From contig JBHHVU010000004.1 in NCBI GenBank assembly GCA_046754465.1, positions 43,959 to 107,958 on the forward strand: a stretch of DNA of 64,000 nucleotides, written 5' to 3'. Source of the stretch: Nitrospinaceae bacterium (GTDB lineage: Bacteria > Nitrospinota > Nitrospinia > Nitrospinales > VA-1). The notes under the pieces were generated by a model. That model made no database searches. It was not told the DNA's origin and was given only the letters and a program-made list of their open reading frames with translations. Positions within the stretch are counted from its first letter, which is position 1. Each line of letters begins with the position of its first letter. Position numbers and translations under genes: made by a program. Positions 30,317 through 39,919 of the stretch are shown here, one piece after another.

Positions 30317-31822
30317 TCAGGATTCCTTTTTCAACTGGGGGAACAGAATAACATCCCGGATCGAGGACGAGTTGGTGAGGAGCATGGTCAACCGGTCGAT
30401 GCCGATTCCCTCTCCGGCGGTCGGCGGCATGCCGTATTCCAGGGCACGAACGAAATCGTGATCCATCCAGTGGGCTTCCTCGTCGCCGGCTCTCCTTTCC
30501 GCGACCTGGGCCTCGAACCGCCGCCTTTGGTCGATGGGATCGTTCAACTCGGTATAGGCGTTCGCGATTTCCTTCCCCCCAATGAACAACTCGAATCGCT
30601 CCACCAGGGTGGGGTCCTCTTCTTTTTTCTGGGAGAGGGGGGAAAGTTCGACGGGATAATCCATGATGAACGTGGGATTGATCAACCGGGGCTCGACGAA
30701 ATGGTCGAATAGTTTTGCCAGGACCTTGGCATGGGTGTCTTTCTTTTCCAAGGGGACTTTGTGTTCCAGGGCAAAGGCCACGGCCTGGGCCGGGTCATCC
30801 ACCGCCTGGCTTGGCACGGCCCCGATTTCCCGCAAGGACTCTTTAAAGCAGACACGCTGGAAGGGTTTGCCGAAATCAAGGGTCTCTTCCTTTTCGGCGC
30901 CATCCACTTTGTGGGTATAGGAAAATGAGAAGGTTTCGAACACCGACTCGCACACAACCCGAAACAATTCCTCGGTTAGCGGCATCAGGTCGAGGTAATC
31001 GGCATAGGCGGTATAAAATTCCAGCATGGTGAATTCGGGATTATGCTCGGTGGAAATCCCTTCATTGCGGAAATTGCGGTTGATCTCGTAGACTCTTTCG
31101 ATTCCCCCAACGACCAGCCGTTTCAGAAAAAGTTCGGGAGCGACCCGAAGATAGAGATCCATGTTCAGGGCGTTGTGGTGCGTCTTGAACGGTTTCGCCG
31201 TGGCTCCACCGGGAATGGACTGCATCATCGGGGTTTCCACTTCCAGGTACCCCCTTTCATTGAGAAAATTACGAAGGGCCTGGACGATCCGGCTTCGGCA
31301 AACGAAAATCCGCTTCACCTTGGGGTTGACGATGAGGTCCACGTACCGCTGGCGGTACCGGAGCTCAATGTCCTTGAGTCCGTGCCATTTTTCGGGCAGG
31401 GGCAGCAGGGATTTGGTGACCAGGTTCGCCGTTTCAGCGAAAATGGTGAGTTCTCCGGTTTTGGTTTTTGAGACCCTTCCTTGAACGCCAATGAAATCCC
31501 CAATATCGAACTTGCTGAAAGTTTCGTAATTTTCGGCGCCGATGTCATCTTTTTTTATATAGACCTGGATTTGGCCGGACCGGTCCTTGATATGGACGAA
31601 AGTCGTTTTTCCGTGTTTCCGGCGGGTCATCATGCGTCCGCCGACCACGAACTTTTTCCCCAAGGCATCCAGTTCCTCACGGCCTTGACCGGCGTAATCG
31701 CGGATAAGGTCGCCGATCGCGGCGCTGACCTTGAACCGGTTGTTGAAAGGTTGGATTCCACGGGCTCGAAGTTCGTCGAGCTTTTCTTGTCTTTGCTTGA
31801 TGAGATGACCTGATTCTTCCAT
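30317..31822 (-). CDS. lysS: Lysine--tRNA ligase (class II)
   Basis: [50 protein letters not shown]. Confidence 0.98.
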   Translation of the reverse strand: MEESGHLIKQRQEKLDELRARGIQPFNNRFKVSAAIGDLIRDYAGQGREELDALGKKFVVGGRMMTRRKHGKTTFVHIKDRSGQIQVYIKKDDIGAENYETFSKFDIGDFIGVQGRVSKTKTGELTIFAETANLVTKSLLPLPEKWHGLKDIELRYRQRYVDLIVNPKVKRIFVCRSRIVQALRNFLNERGYLEVETPMMQSIPGGATAKPFKTHHNALNMDLYLRVAPELFLKRLVVGGIERVYEINRNFRNEGISTEHNPEFTMLEFYTAYADYLDLMPLTEELFRVVCESVFETFSFSYTHKVDGAEKEETLDFGKPFQRVCFKESLREIGAVPSQAVDDPAQAVAFALEHKVPLEKKDTHAKVLAKLFDHFVEPRLINPTFIMDYPVELSPLSQKKEEDPTLVERFELFIGGKEIANAYTELNDPIDQRRRFEAQVAERRAGDEEAHWMDHDFVRALEYGMPPTAGEGIGIDRLTMLLTNSSSIRDVILFPQLKKES

Positions 31823-32164
31823 GGATTTTTGAATGGAAAAGGTTAAGGGTAATAGGTTTTCAAGCGGAGCCGCCGCCAAAGGATAACCACGGGGTGAACC
31901 GCCCTCTCCTGTTATGCATCATGTGGGGTATTTTGGAATGGGAACAATTCCTTCGGCCCGGTCCTTAGTGGACCATGTTTCCGGGCCGCGAACCGGAACT
32001 CACGCCGCGGGATATAATTCATGGGCGGCCCCGGACCGGAGGTTTTCGGTCCTAACACGGATTTTCCCGAAAATTCGCCCCGGCGCGGACCGGAAAGGCC
32101 TGGAGGGGCTGCTATCCCGGACCGTTTTTCCATACATGGCAAGGACGGCTGGTTCACGACCCGT

Positions 32165-33751
32165 TCAACGGGCAAATTCGGTAAACCGTTTTTCGCGAAC
32201 CACGGTGATTTTAATCTCACCGGGATAGGTCACTTCTTTTTCGATCCGTTTGGCCACATCCTTGGCCAGCAGGTTGGATTCATCATCGGTGATCCCTTCG
32301 GGCAGGACGATGATGCGCACTTCCCGGCCGGCCTGGATGGCGTAGGTTTTTTCCACACCTTTATAAGAATCCCCGATTTCTTCAAGTCTGGTCATGCGTT
32401 TGACATAGGTTTCGAGCATTTCGCGGCGCGCGCCGGGGCGGGAAGCGGAGATGGTATCCGCCGCGGCCACCAGCACGGAGTAGAGGGATTCGGGTTCCAC
32501 GTCCTCATGGTGGGCCGCGATAGCGTTGATCACGTATTTGTGCTCATTGTACCGCTTGGCCACTTCCACGCCGAGTTGGGTATGGGTTCCATCGGTTTGG
32601 TGGTCGATGGCCTTGCCAATATCGTGGAGCAATCCGGCGCGCTTGGCGAGCTGGACATCCAGTCCCAGTTCGGCGGCGATGGATCCGCAAATCCAGGCCA
32701 CTTCCTTCACGTGTTCCAGCACGTTTTGGGTGTAACTGGTCCGGTATTTGAGCCGGCCCAGGAGCCGGATCATATCCGGCGCGATGTTGTCGATGCCGAC
32801 TTCCAGAATAGCCTGTTCCCCGGCTTCCTGGATTCGTTGGGTGATCTCCTTTTTACATTTATTCACGACGTCTTCGATCCGGCCGGGATGGATTCTTCCG
32901 TCCTGGGTCAATTTTTCCAAGGCACGGCGGGCGACCTCCCGGCGGATGGCGTCGAATCCGGAAAGGACGACCGCGCCCGGGGTATCATCGATGATAAGAT
33001 CGATACCTGTGCATTGTTCCAGGGCGCGAATGTTTCGCCCTTCGCGGCCAATGATCCGCCCCTTGATCTCGTCGTTGGGTAATTCCACCACCGATACCGT
33101 GGTTTCAGCGACATGGTCGGAAGCGATCCTTTGCACCGCCATGGTGATGAGTCTTCTGGCTTCTTCTTCGGCGTGGCTCTTGGCGTGTTCCTCAATTTTC
33201 TTAACTTCCTTGGCTGCGTCCCTTTTGGCTTCATCGAGAACTTTCTGCTTGATCTCTTCCTTGGCCTGGTCGGCGGTGAAAGACCCGATCACTTCCAGCT
33301 TTTTCACCTCTTCCTGGATCAGGTTCCGATATTTGATTTTCTCCGCCTCGATTTCTTGTTTCTGAAGGCCTACCTGGTTCAATTTGCTCTCAAGGTTTTT
33401 TCCCAGGTCGCGGATTTTTTCCGCCTCGCGTTTGATCTCATCGTCTTTTTTGCGGACAATCAACTCCTGTTCCCGCAACTCATCTCGCTTTTCCTTGATT
33501 TCCTTTTCCAGGCCGGATTTGGCAATCAGATGTTTTTCCTTGGCTTCGATCTCGGCGGATTTCAGCCGATTCCTGGCTTCATTTTCGGCATCTTTAAGGA
33601 TTTTCTTCCCCAATTCCTCCGTTTCCTTGATTTGGTATTCCGTGAATATTTTGCGCAGAAAATAACCGATGGCATACCCCACCAACAGAGCGACAAACAT
33701 GCCGATCAGCAATGTGATGAAATTGACCTTGATGGTGAAGAATATATGCAT
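32165..33751 (-). CDS. rny: Ribonuclease Y
   Basis: N-terminal TM, coiled coil, KH domain ([13 protein letters not shown]), HD domain (LLHDIGK), [10 protein letters not shown]. Confidence 0.97.
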   Translation of the reverse strand: MHIFFTIKVNFITLLIGMFVALLVGYAIGYFLRKIFTEYQIKETEELGKKILKDAENEARNRLKSAEIEAKEKHLIAKSGLEKEIKEKRDELREQELIVRKKDDEIKREAEKIRDLGKNLESKLNQVGLQKQEIEAEKIKYRNLIQEEVKKLEVIGSFTADQAKEEIKQKVLDEAKRDAAKEVKKIEEHAKSHAEEEARRLITMAVQRIASDHVAETTVSVVELPNDEIKGRIIGREGRNIRALEQCTGIDLIIDDTPGAVVLSGFDAIRREVARRALEKLTQDGRIHPGRIEDVVNKCKKEITQRIQEAGEQAILEVGIDNIAPDMIRLLGRLKYRTSYTQNVLEHVKEVAWICGSIAAELGLDVQLAKRAGLLHDIGKAIDHQTDGTHTQLGVEVAKRYNEHKYVINAIAAHHEDVEPESLYSVLVAAADTISASRPGARREMLETYVKRMTRLEEIGDSYKGVEKTYAIQAGREVRIIVLPEGITDDESNLLAKDVAKRIEKEVTYPGEIKITVVREKRFTEFAR

Positions 33752-33793
33752 CTGACTCCCTCGTATGAAGAAAACCGCCGGCCGCGAACGATA

Positions 33794-34411
33794 TCAGCAG
33801 TTTATCGTTGTGTTCTCGGTAAGGATTTTATGCACTGGAACATCGTATTCCGCCTGGGGAACCGATTCCAGGACCTGAAAATCGAATGCCGCGGCGACAA
33901 GGATGGTATCTTGGGAAACCTCCTTTAAAAATCTGTCGTAATACCCGGCTCCGTATCCGATCCTTCCACCTTTCCGGTCAAAAGCCAGCCCCGGAACCAG
34001 GATAAAATCCAAAACGGCGGGAGAAACGATCTTTTGATCTGGTTTGCCCGGTTCGCGTAAACCGAACGCGCGTTTTTCAAATTCAATGTCCGGTGCGGGC
34101 AATTCGGAAATCCTAAGCCCCCTCCGCGATGTGTCGATCAGGGGAACATGGACTTTCTTTCCCCATTGAAACGCCAGCGCGATCATCGCATCGGTTTGAA
34201 CCTCCCTGGGCAGGGAAAGATAAAATAAAATACTCCGGGCGTTTTGAAATTCCTCATGCCCGGCAAGGTTTTTTAATATCTGTTCACTTTTTTCCTTTAA
34301 GGTGCTTGCCTTGAGACTATTTCGCCGCTTGGCCATCTCTTCGCGGATGGAGGCCTTGGCGGCTTCGAGGGATTTCAGCCGGCCACTCGGAAACCGGACC
34401 TGATAATTCAT
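33794..34411 (-). CDS. ygfA: 5-formyltetrahydrofolate cyclo-ligase (YgfA/Fau)
   Basis: VPGLAFDRKGGRIGYGAGYYDR motif. Confidence 0.95.
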   Translation of the reverse strand: MNYQVRFPSGRLKSLEAAKASIREEMAKRRNSLKASTLKEKSEQILKNLAGHEEFQNARSILFYLSLPREVQTDAMIALAFQWGKKVHVPLIDTSRRGLRISELPAPDIEFEKRAFGLREPGKPDQKIVSPAVLDFILVPGLAFDRKGGRIGYGAGYYDRFLKEVSQDTILVAAAFDFQVLESVPQAEYDVPVHKILTENTTINC

Positions 34412-34656
34412 GGAAGGTCCACCTTAAAATTTTTTCCGGTGATCCGCAAAAAAAGGGCGCCTTCCGGCCACATCCTCTTTTGCCGTATTCAAGACCCCCG
34501 AGGGGAAGCCGCCCTGGGGCTTAAATCCGGAAAAAAGCGTTCAAAATAAATGGGTTCCTGTTGAAAATCCTTCCCGCATAAAAATACCGCGGTCCAGAAC
34601 ATCTTCCAGGAACACAATTTAGGGGTGTGGGGATGGCGGGAAACCCATCCTCCGCT

Positions 34657-34890
34657 TTAAGGCAAAACCGGCGGTTGATCGCAACAAGGATAAGGCAAAA
34701 AGGTTTGATGTATTTTGCCTAACAGGAGATTCATTCGGGAAGGGTTCTTACGGCAACAGCCATAAAAATTTATATCGGTAAAAACGAAACCGTCCTTCGG
34801 GTTCCGTTTGGAATCTTCTATCCCAAGTGGGCACTCCTTCACCGCCAGCAATGACTTTATCCAAATGATCAGCCGCAATATCAATTCCAT
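34657..34890 (-). CDS. Possible small Cys-containing hypothetical protein (77 aa)
   Basis: ATG preceded by purine-rich GAAGAAGG; co-oriented with neighbours; fills an otherwise unexplained gap. No family recognised. Confidence 0.35.
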   Translation of the reverse strand: MELILRLIIWIKSLLAVKECPLGIEDSKRNPKDGFVFTDINFYGCCRKNPSRMNLLLGKIHQTFLPYPCCDQPPVLP

Positions 34891-34964
34891 GCCTTCTTCT
34901 CAGCTAATATCAACCGGTTCTGGCTCGGTCTCATCTACCCCGATAAACCTTACTATAATAAGGT

Positions 34965-35147
34965 TGCTTCCCCGTTCGTGCCGTGCAAAAACCATTTTTT
35001 GAACCTGTCAAGGACAGGTGGGGTATCTGTATATTGCTTTAGGCTTCCTTCGGATGAAGGCCTGCTCACCACAACAGAGTCGTCAACCCCTTTTACAATA
35101 TGTTGGCTCAAAAAATACAATTTTTATACGAACACAACAGGGAAGCA
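34965..35147 (-). ncRNA. ssrS: 6S RNA
   Basis: Rod of about 183 nt: closing stem TGCTTCCC/GGGAAGCA, TTTTTTGAGCC/GGTTCAAAAAA, central bubble with CCTGTC-CTT-GACAGG hairpin, GGGGT/ACCCC, apical stem. Canonical position between zapA and ygfA. Confidence 0.9.
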
Positions 35148-35167
35148 GAACTCCCAAATCTAAAATC

Positions 35168-35196
35168 ATCGTAGCATAAACGATTGACCCTCTCAA
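35168..35196 (-). promoter_or_regulatory. Sigma70-type promoter of 6S RNA
   Basis: Minus strand TTGAGA-N17-TACGAT with TGn extension, just upstream of the 6S stem. Confidence 0.6.
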
Positions 35197-35216
35197 GGGA
35201 TATAATGATCCGGATT

Positions 35217-35510
35217 TCAGGATGGGGGTTGGGGAACCTCCAGATTCAGTTTCCGGATCAACCCATCCATCCGGGACTCAAAATCTCTATCTTCCTCCTG
35301 ATTTTTTTTCCGGGTTTCCAGGAATTCCTGTGCGATATTGAGCGCCGCCAAAACGGCCAGATCGGTGGTGGAGAAATTGCTCCGGCCCCTTGATAATTCC
35401 TGCATTTTGGAATCCACCAGGGCGGCGACCTCGTGAGGATCCACCGAAAAGGAATCGCTTTTAATATGATACGTTTTCCCGTAAATAGTGATCTTGGTGC
35501 TCGCGGCCAT
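35217..35510 (-). CDS. zapA: Cell division protein ZapA
   Basis: ITIYGKTY, VAALVDSKM, LAVLAALNIA; upstream of 6S RNA. Confidence 0.92.
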   Translation of the reverse strand: MAASTKITIYGKTYHIKSDSFSVDPHEVAALVDSKMQELSRGRSNFSTTDLAVLAALNIAQEFLETRKKNQEEDRDFESRMDGLIRKLNLEVPQPPS

Positions 35511-35517
35511 GACAGAA

Positions 35518-35796
35518 TCAGATAAAATCGATTTTTTCCAGGTCTTCCAGCAGGGTTTCCACTTTCGACCGGATTAAAATTTTCTCTTTTTCCATTTTCC
35601 GGCAGGAGTTTTCCAGGGTGCGTATTTTGTCCAACTCCGCCAGCGCTTTATGATTCTGGGCCAGAATCGCCTCGTTTTCGCGGTCCAATGCCTCGATCTT
35701 TTTGGCCAGGCACCGGTTTTCGGCTTTCAGATGGTGTAGGGTTTCGATAACGGCCGTAACCAGTTTTTCGATTTGTTCCGTCTTTTCCCGGCGCAT
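35518..35796 (-). CDS. ZapB-like coiled-coil protein
   Basis: All-helical heptad pattern ending IRSKVETLLEDL, immediately upstream of zapA. Confidence 0.7.
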   Translation of the reverse strand: MRREKTEQIEKLVTAVIETLHHLKAENRCLAKKIEALDRENEAILAQNHKALAELDKIRTLENSCRKMEKEKILIRSKVETLLEDLEKIDFI

Positions 35797-35850
35797 AGGC
35801 GAATCGTAGCACTGGCGGTAGGGGCTGTCAATGATCAACCCCGGCCGGGA

Positions 35851-37944
35851 TTATCCCTCTCTCAGAGTCGCTCCCAACCGGTCGGAAAGGCTTTGCAGGA
35901 TCTTGTCGAATACGGGTTTGACCTCCTCGTCGGTCAGGGTTTTTTCCGGCGATTGGAAGGAGAGGGAAAAGGTCAGGCTTTTCTTGCCGCGCTCTATTTT
36001 TTTGCCCTCGAAAAGATCGTACAGCTCCACCCGGCGGATCAGGGGCGCGCTGGTTTCTAGGATAAGATCGGCCACTTTCCGCGAAGGGACCGATTGATCC
36101 ACCAGGATGGATATGTCCCGATAGGTTTCCGGATATTTGGGAATGGGTTGAAAACGGGGTTTTTCGGGAAGGCAACTCACCACCGCGTCAAAATCCAGCT
36201 CCCACACGAACCCGGGACGGCTCAGTTCCCATTGGCGGACGAGGCCGGGGGACAACTCGCCCAGATACCCCACGACCCGTCCCGCCGCCAGGCAGTCGAC
36301 GGATTTTTCCCTGTTCAGGAACGGCCGGCCGGAGGGCCTGAATTCCAGGGACAGTTTGAACTGGGACATGAGGGTCTCCAATATCCCCTTCAAGTCGAAA
36401 AAATCATAGTCTTTGCCGGTATCCTTCCAAACGCTGGATTCATAGGGCCCAACCGCGAAAGCGGCGAAACAGGTTTTTTCCACGTTGCTTTCGCCCTTCT
36501 GTTCCCTGAAAAAAACATCTCCCAGTTCAAAGATCTTGACGGGTTTTTGCCCCTTGCTGATGTTGCGGGCGGCGGTTTTCAACAACCCGGGAAGAAGACT
36601 GGTCCGCATCGATGCCCAATCGTTGCTCAGGGGATTGCTCAAGGAAATGGGGATTGCTTCCTCCGATCCAAAGGCCGTTTTGAACTTCTCGGCGTTCTCT
36701 TTTTCGATGAAGCTGTAATTGATCGCTTCGGAAAAACCCAGGTGACAGAGAATCGATTTGGCTTGCCGGGCGGCGTTTTGTTTGCGCGTCAACCGGACGG
36801 TGAGGATCTCGGCCCGGGGATGGGCCGCGTCCACATTGCCAAAACCATGAAGCCGGGCGATTTCCTCGATCAGATCGATTTCCCTTGAAAGGGTGGGACG
36901 AAATGGGGGTACCTCCACCTGGAGGACCGTATCGCCCGTTTCCGCCAAGGTCAATCCCAGCCGTTGGAGATAGTCCTGGATCGTTTGGCGATCGAGATGG
37001 GTCCCCAAAACCTGGTTGACCCGGGAAACCCTCAGGGGGATGCGGGGGGATGAAAAGGGCTGGGGGTACAGGTCGATCCTGCCGCGGCAGATTTGCCCGC
37101 CCGCCAATTCGCGGATGAGCAGGGCGGCCCGGCTTTGCGCCGATATCACCCCGTCGATGTCCACACCCCGTTCAAATCGATAGGAGGAATCCGTGCGCAG
37201 TCCGTATTTTTTGGAACCCTTGCGGACCGTTACCGGATCGAAACAGGCGCTCTCCAGTACCACGGTCACGGTGGAATCGGAAACTTCGCTGTTGGTCCCG
37301 CCCATGATACCCGCGAGGGCGACGGGTTTGTTCGCATCGGCGATGACCAAGGCATCCGCCCCCAGCTTCAAGTCCGTCCCGTCCAGGCTTTGAAAGGATT
37401 CGTTTTCCCGGGCGCGGCGGATGAGGATGGCGGGTCCGGCCAACCGTTCTCCATCGAATGCGTGCAGGGGTTGGCCGTATTCCATCATCACGTAGTTGGT
37501 GATGTCGACGATATTGTTGATCGGGCGCAGACCGATGGCGCGCAGGCGGCCGGCCAGCCACCCGGGCGATGGCCCGATCCGGACGTTTTCGATAACCAAG
37601 GCCGCGTACCGGGGACAGAGCGTTTCCTCGCGGTTTTCGACGGTGATTTTTTGGCTCACCGGTGTCTCTCCCCAGACCTTTTCCAGATCCGCCTCCGGCG
37701 TGGGAAACCGGAAGGGTTTACCGAGCAGGGCCGCTACCTCACGCGCCACACCCCGGTAACTCAGGCAGTAACCGCGGTTGGGCGTCACGTTCAATTCCAT
37801 GACCTGGGTTTTCCCCCCTTCCGGCAGTTCTACCCATTCCAGGCTCTCGACCTCCAATCCACCCATCGAAAGAATTTCCGCCAATTCTTCGGCGGGGATA
37901 TCGAGATCCACGTATTCCTTTAACCAATCCAGTTGAATCAGCAT
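35851..37944 (-). CDS. pheT: Phenylalanine--tRNA ligase beta subunit (short form)
   Basis: WLKEYV, TPNRGYCLS..GVARE, INNIVDITNY, GQPLHAFD, SYRFERGVD, DLIEEIAR, C-terminal FDX-ACB (RDIS, KKSL, TLTDEEV). Confidence 0.96.
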   Translation of the reverse strand: MLIQLDWLKEYVDLDIPAEELAEILSMGGLEVESLEWVELPEGGKTQVMELNVTPNRGYCLSYRGVAREVAALLGKPFRFPTPEADLEKVWGETPVSQKITVENREETLCPRYAALVIENVRIGPSPGWLAGRLRAIGLRPINNIVDITNYVMMEYGQPLHAFDGERLAGPAILIRRARENESFQSLDGTDLKLGADALVIADANKPVALAGIMGGTNSEVSDSTVTVVLESACFDPVTVRKGSKKYGLRTDSSYRFERGVDIDGVISAQSRAALLIRELAGGQICRGRIDLYPQPFSSPRIPLRVSRVNQVLGTHLDRQTIQDYLQRLGLTLAETGDTVLQVEVPPFRPTLSREIDLIEEIARLHGFGNVDAAHPRAEILTVRLTRKQNAARQAKSILCHLGFSEAINYSFIEKENAEKFKTAFGSEEAIPISLSNPLSNDWASMRTSLLPGLLKTAARNISKGQKPVKIFELGDVFFREQKGESNVEKTCFAAFAVGPYESSVWKDTGKDYDFFDLKGILETLMSQFKLSLEFRPSGRPFLNREKSVDCLAAGRVVGYLGELSPGLVRQWELSRPGFVWELDFDAVVSCLPEKPRFQPIPKYPETYRDISILVDQSVPSRKVADLILETSAPLIRRVELYDLFEGKKIERGKKSLTFSLSFQSPEKTLTDEEVKPVFDKILQSLSDRLGATLREG

Positions 37945-38106
37945 TCCTGCTCCTTTTTAGCGGCAAAACCGGGCAAATTTGGAATTATAAGAGAACTTCC
38001 CTGAAAAAGCAAAGCGGGTGAAGAGGGCACCGTTCAAGGATTTCCCGGAAGATTTTCCGCCGGTGCTGGAAGGATTATCGCCGTTGCCCGGAGGGACCCC
38101 CACGCG

Positions 38107-39696
38107 TTAACGGAACCGGAATTTGCCCAGCCGGTAGTCCCTTTTTTTGACGGAAGCCCGGATCCCCTCATATTTTCGCTGCCATTCGGGAATCCGGTCG
38201 AGATCCTTCCCGGTTTTTTTCGCGATGATGATGAGATTCCGATAAGCATTGGCCAAGCCGGGGTCTGCCTTGAGGGACTTTTCCACATAAGTCCTTGCCT
38301 CGCCGTAACGGCCCTGGTCGATCATCAGGGCGCCCAGGTTGTTCAGAGCGAGGGCGTTTTGTGGGTCGGCCTGGATCGCGCGATTATAAAAGCGGATCGA
38401 ACAGGCTTCGTCTTTCACCAGCCAGCACTGGTAACCCGCCTCGAACTGGGCCTGGCTCCATGGCGGGTAGGCTTTCGCCACATGCAGCCAGTAGGCTCTG
38501 CTGCTGGCGAAGACCGTGGAATATTTTCCCGTTTGACTTCCCAGCAAAATGACCAGAAGACCGGTCAAAATTAGGGGAAAGGCCGCATATTGCCGCATTC
38601 GCCTGGCGCTCAACACCGGAATAAGAACCGAGGAAAAAATCGCCAGCGAAGGAAGGTAAAGATAGCGGTCCTGCCTCAACGTTTGGATGGGAACGAGGTT
38701 GGACACGGGAAGGAGCCAGAGGACGAACCAGCCCACTCCAAAAGCAAAATAGGGCCGCTTGCGAATGTTCCACAAACCCGCGAGCACCAGGGAGGGAACC
38801 AGTGCATCCGCCAAAAGGGAGCGCCATGCGTGCAAGTCCCCGGCCCGGTAGAAATATTGCGGCGATAAAAAGAATGGGAATCCCAGGGATTCCAGGTAAT
38901 CCCAATAAACGCGCAAGGTATAAAGAAAGGACATCGTGAAACTTCCGCCGGCGTATTCCCTGATGGCCTCCACCGCGCCCTGGGTCACCACCGTGGCTGC
39001 CGCAACGGCCAGGGACCCCGCGAAAAACGGTATCTTTTCCATCAGCCGGAGGCCGCGGCGGGCCAGGCAGATATCGTAAAGCACGAAGACCAGGGGCAGC
39101 ATCACGGTAACGGACTTGCTCAACAGGCCCAGGACGAATAGGGTCCACGAGACCCCAAGCCATTTGCTGAACCGGGATGTTTCCCGCGTGTGCTGGATAT
39201 AAAACAAGAAGGATGAAAAAATGAAAAACGCCGAGAGCAGGTTCTTCCTTTCCGATATCCAGACGACCGATTCCGTTTGAATGGGATGGACCGCATACAC
39301 GAGAGCCACGGCCAGGGTGGCCCCGCGGGACACTCCTATTTGCATCAGGAGAACCAGCGCGAGAAAGACATTGACCGTATGCAGAACCAGTTGGGTCAGG
39401 TGGTAACCGAACGGATCAAATTGCCAAAACGTGTAGTCCAGGGAAAAGGATGCCAGGGTGACGGGGAGGTAGGAATCGAAATGAACGTGGGAGAAGATTG
39501 CGAGCAGATTGTCCAGGGACCAGTTCTGGAGATAGGGGTTTCTGAAGATGTACGCCTGGTCGTCCGATCGGACTAAGAAATTGAATGTCAGGGAAGGGCC
39601 GTAAACCAGAAGGTTGATAACGGAAATGCCGAGGAAGGATGCGCCGAAGAATTTTAGGTTGTCGGACCTATTATTTTCTCGCGTCATTTCAGGCAT
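38107..39696 (-). CDS. TMTC-like GT-C membrane glycosyltransferase with C-terminal TPRs
   Basis: DDQAYI, YLPVT..S, GYHLTQLVLH, HPIQTESVVWISERKNLL, LLSK, DRYLYLPS, then TPR motifs (ALNNLG). Confidence 0.82.
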   Translation of the reverse strand: MPEMTRENNRSDNLKFFGASFLGISVINLLVYGPSLTFNFLVRSDDQAYIFRNPYLQNWSLDNLLAIFSHVHFDSYLPVTLASFSLDYTFWQFDPFGYHLTQLVLHTVNVFLALVLLMQIGVSRGATLAVALVYAVHPIQTESVVWISERKNLLSAFFIFSSFLFYIQHTRETSRFSKWLGVSWTLFVLGLLSKSVTVMLPLVFVLYDICLARRGLRLMEKIPFFAGSLAVAAATVVTQGAVEAIREYAGGSFTMSFLYTLRVYWDYLESLGFPFFLSPQYFYRAGDLHAWRSLLADALVPSLVLAGLWNIRKRPYFAFGVGWFVLWLLPVSNLVPIQTLRQDRYLYLPSLAIFSSVLIPVLSARRMRQYAAFPLILTGLLVILLGSQTGKYSTVFASSRAYWLHVAKAYPPWSQAQFEAGYQCWLVKDEACSIRFYNRAIQADPQNALALNNLGALMIDQGRYGEARTYVEKSLKADPGLANAYRNLIIIAKKTGKDLDRIPEWQRKYEGIRASVKKRDYRLGKFRFR

Positions 39697-39919
39697 GGGG
39701 GGGTGGGGAATCGCGGGACGGGTTTTCCCGGCACGGGTTGAAGGTCATTCCTGTTCCTGAAATTATAGGCAAATTTCCAATCAAAAGCAAAAATCCGCGG
39801 AGACACCCCGTGATCCTTCCTCGCGCGGGCGGCCTGGAAGGAAGTTCGGAAAACGGGTTCCCTGTTGAACGCACCGCATTTTTCGGATATAAACAAACCA
39901 AAGGACTTCCTTTTCCGCC

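Noticed and set aside
31823..32164. 342-bp gap between rny and lysS as a possible ncRNA or T-box leader
   Set aside because: No T-box motif, terminator or convincing extended structure; the 102-aa and 104-aa ORFs look non-coding.
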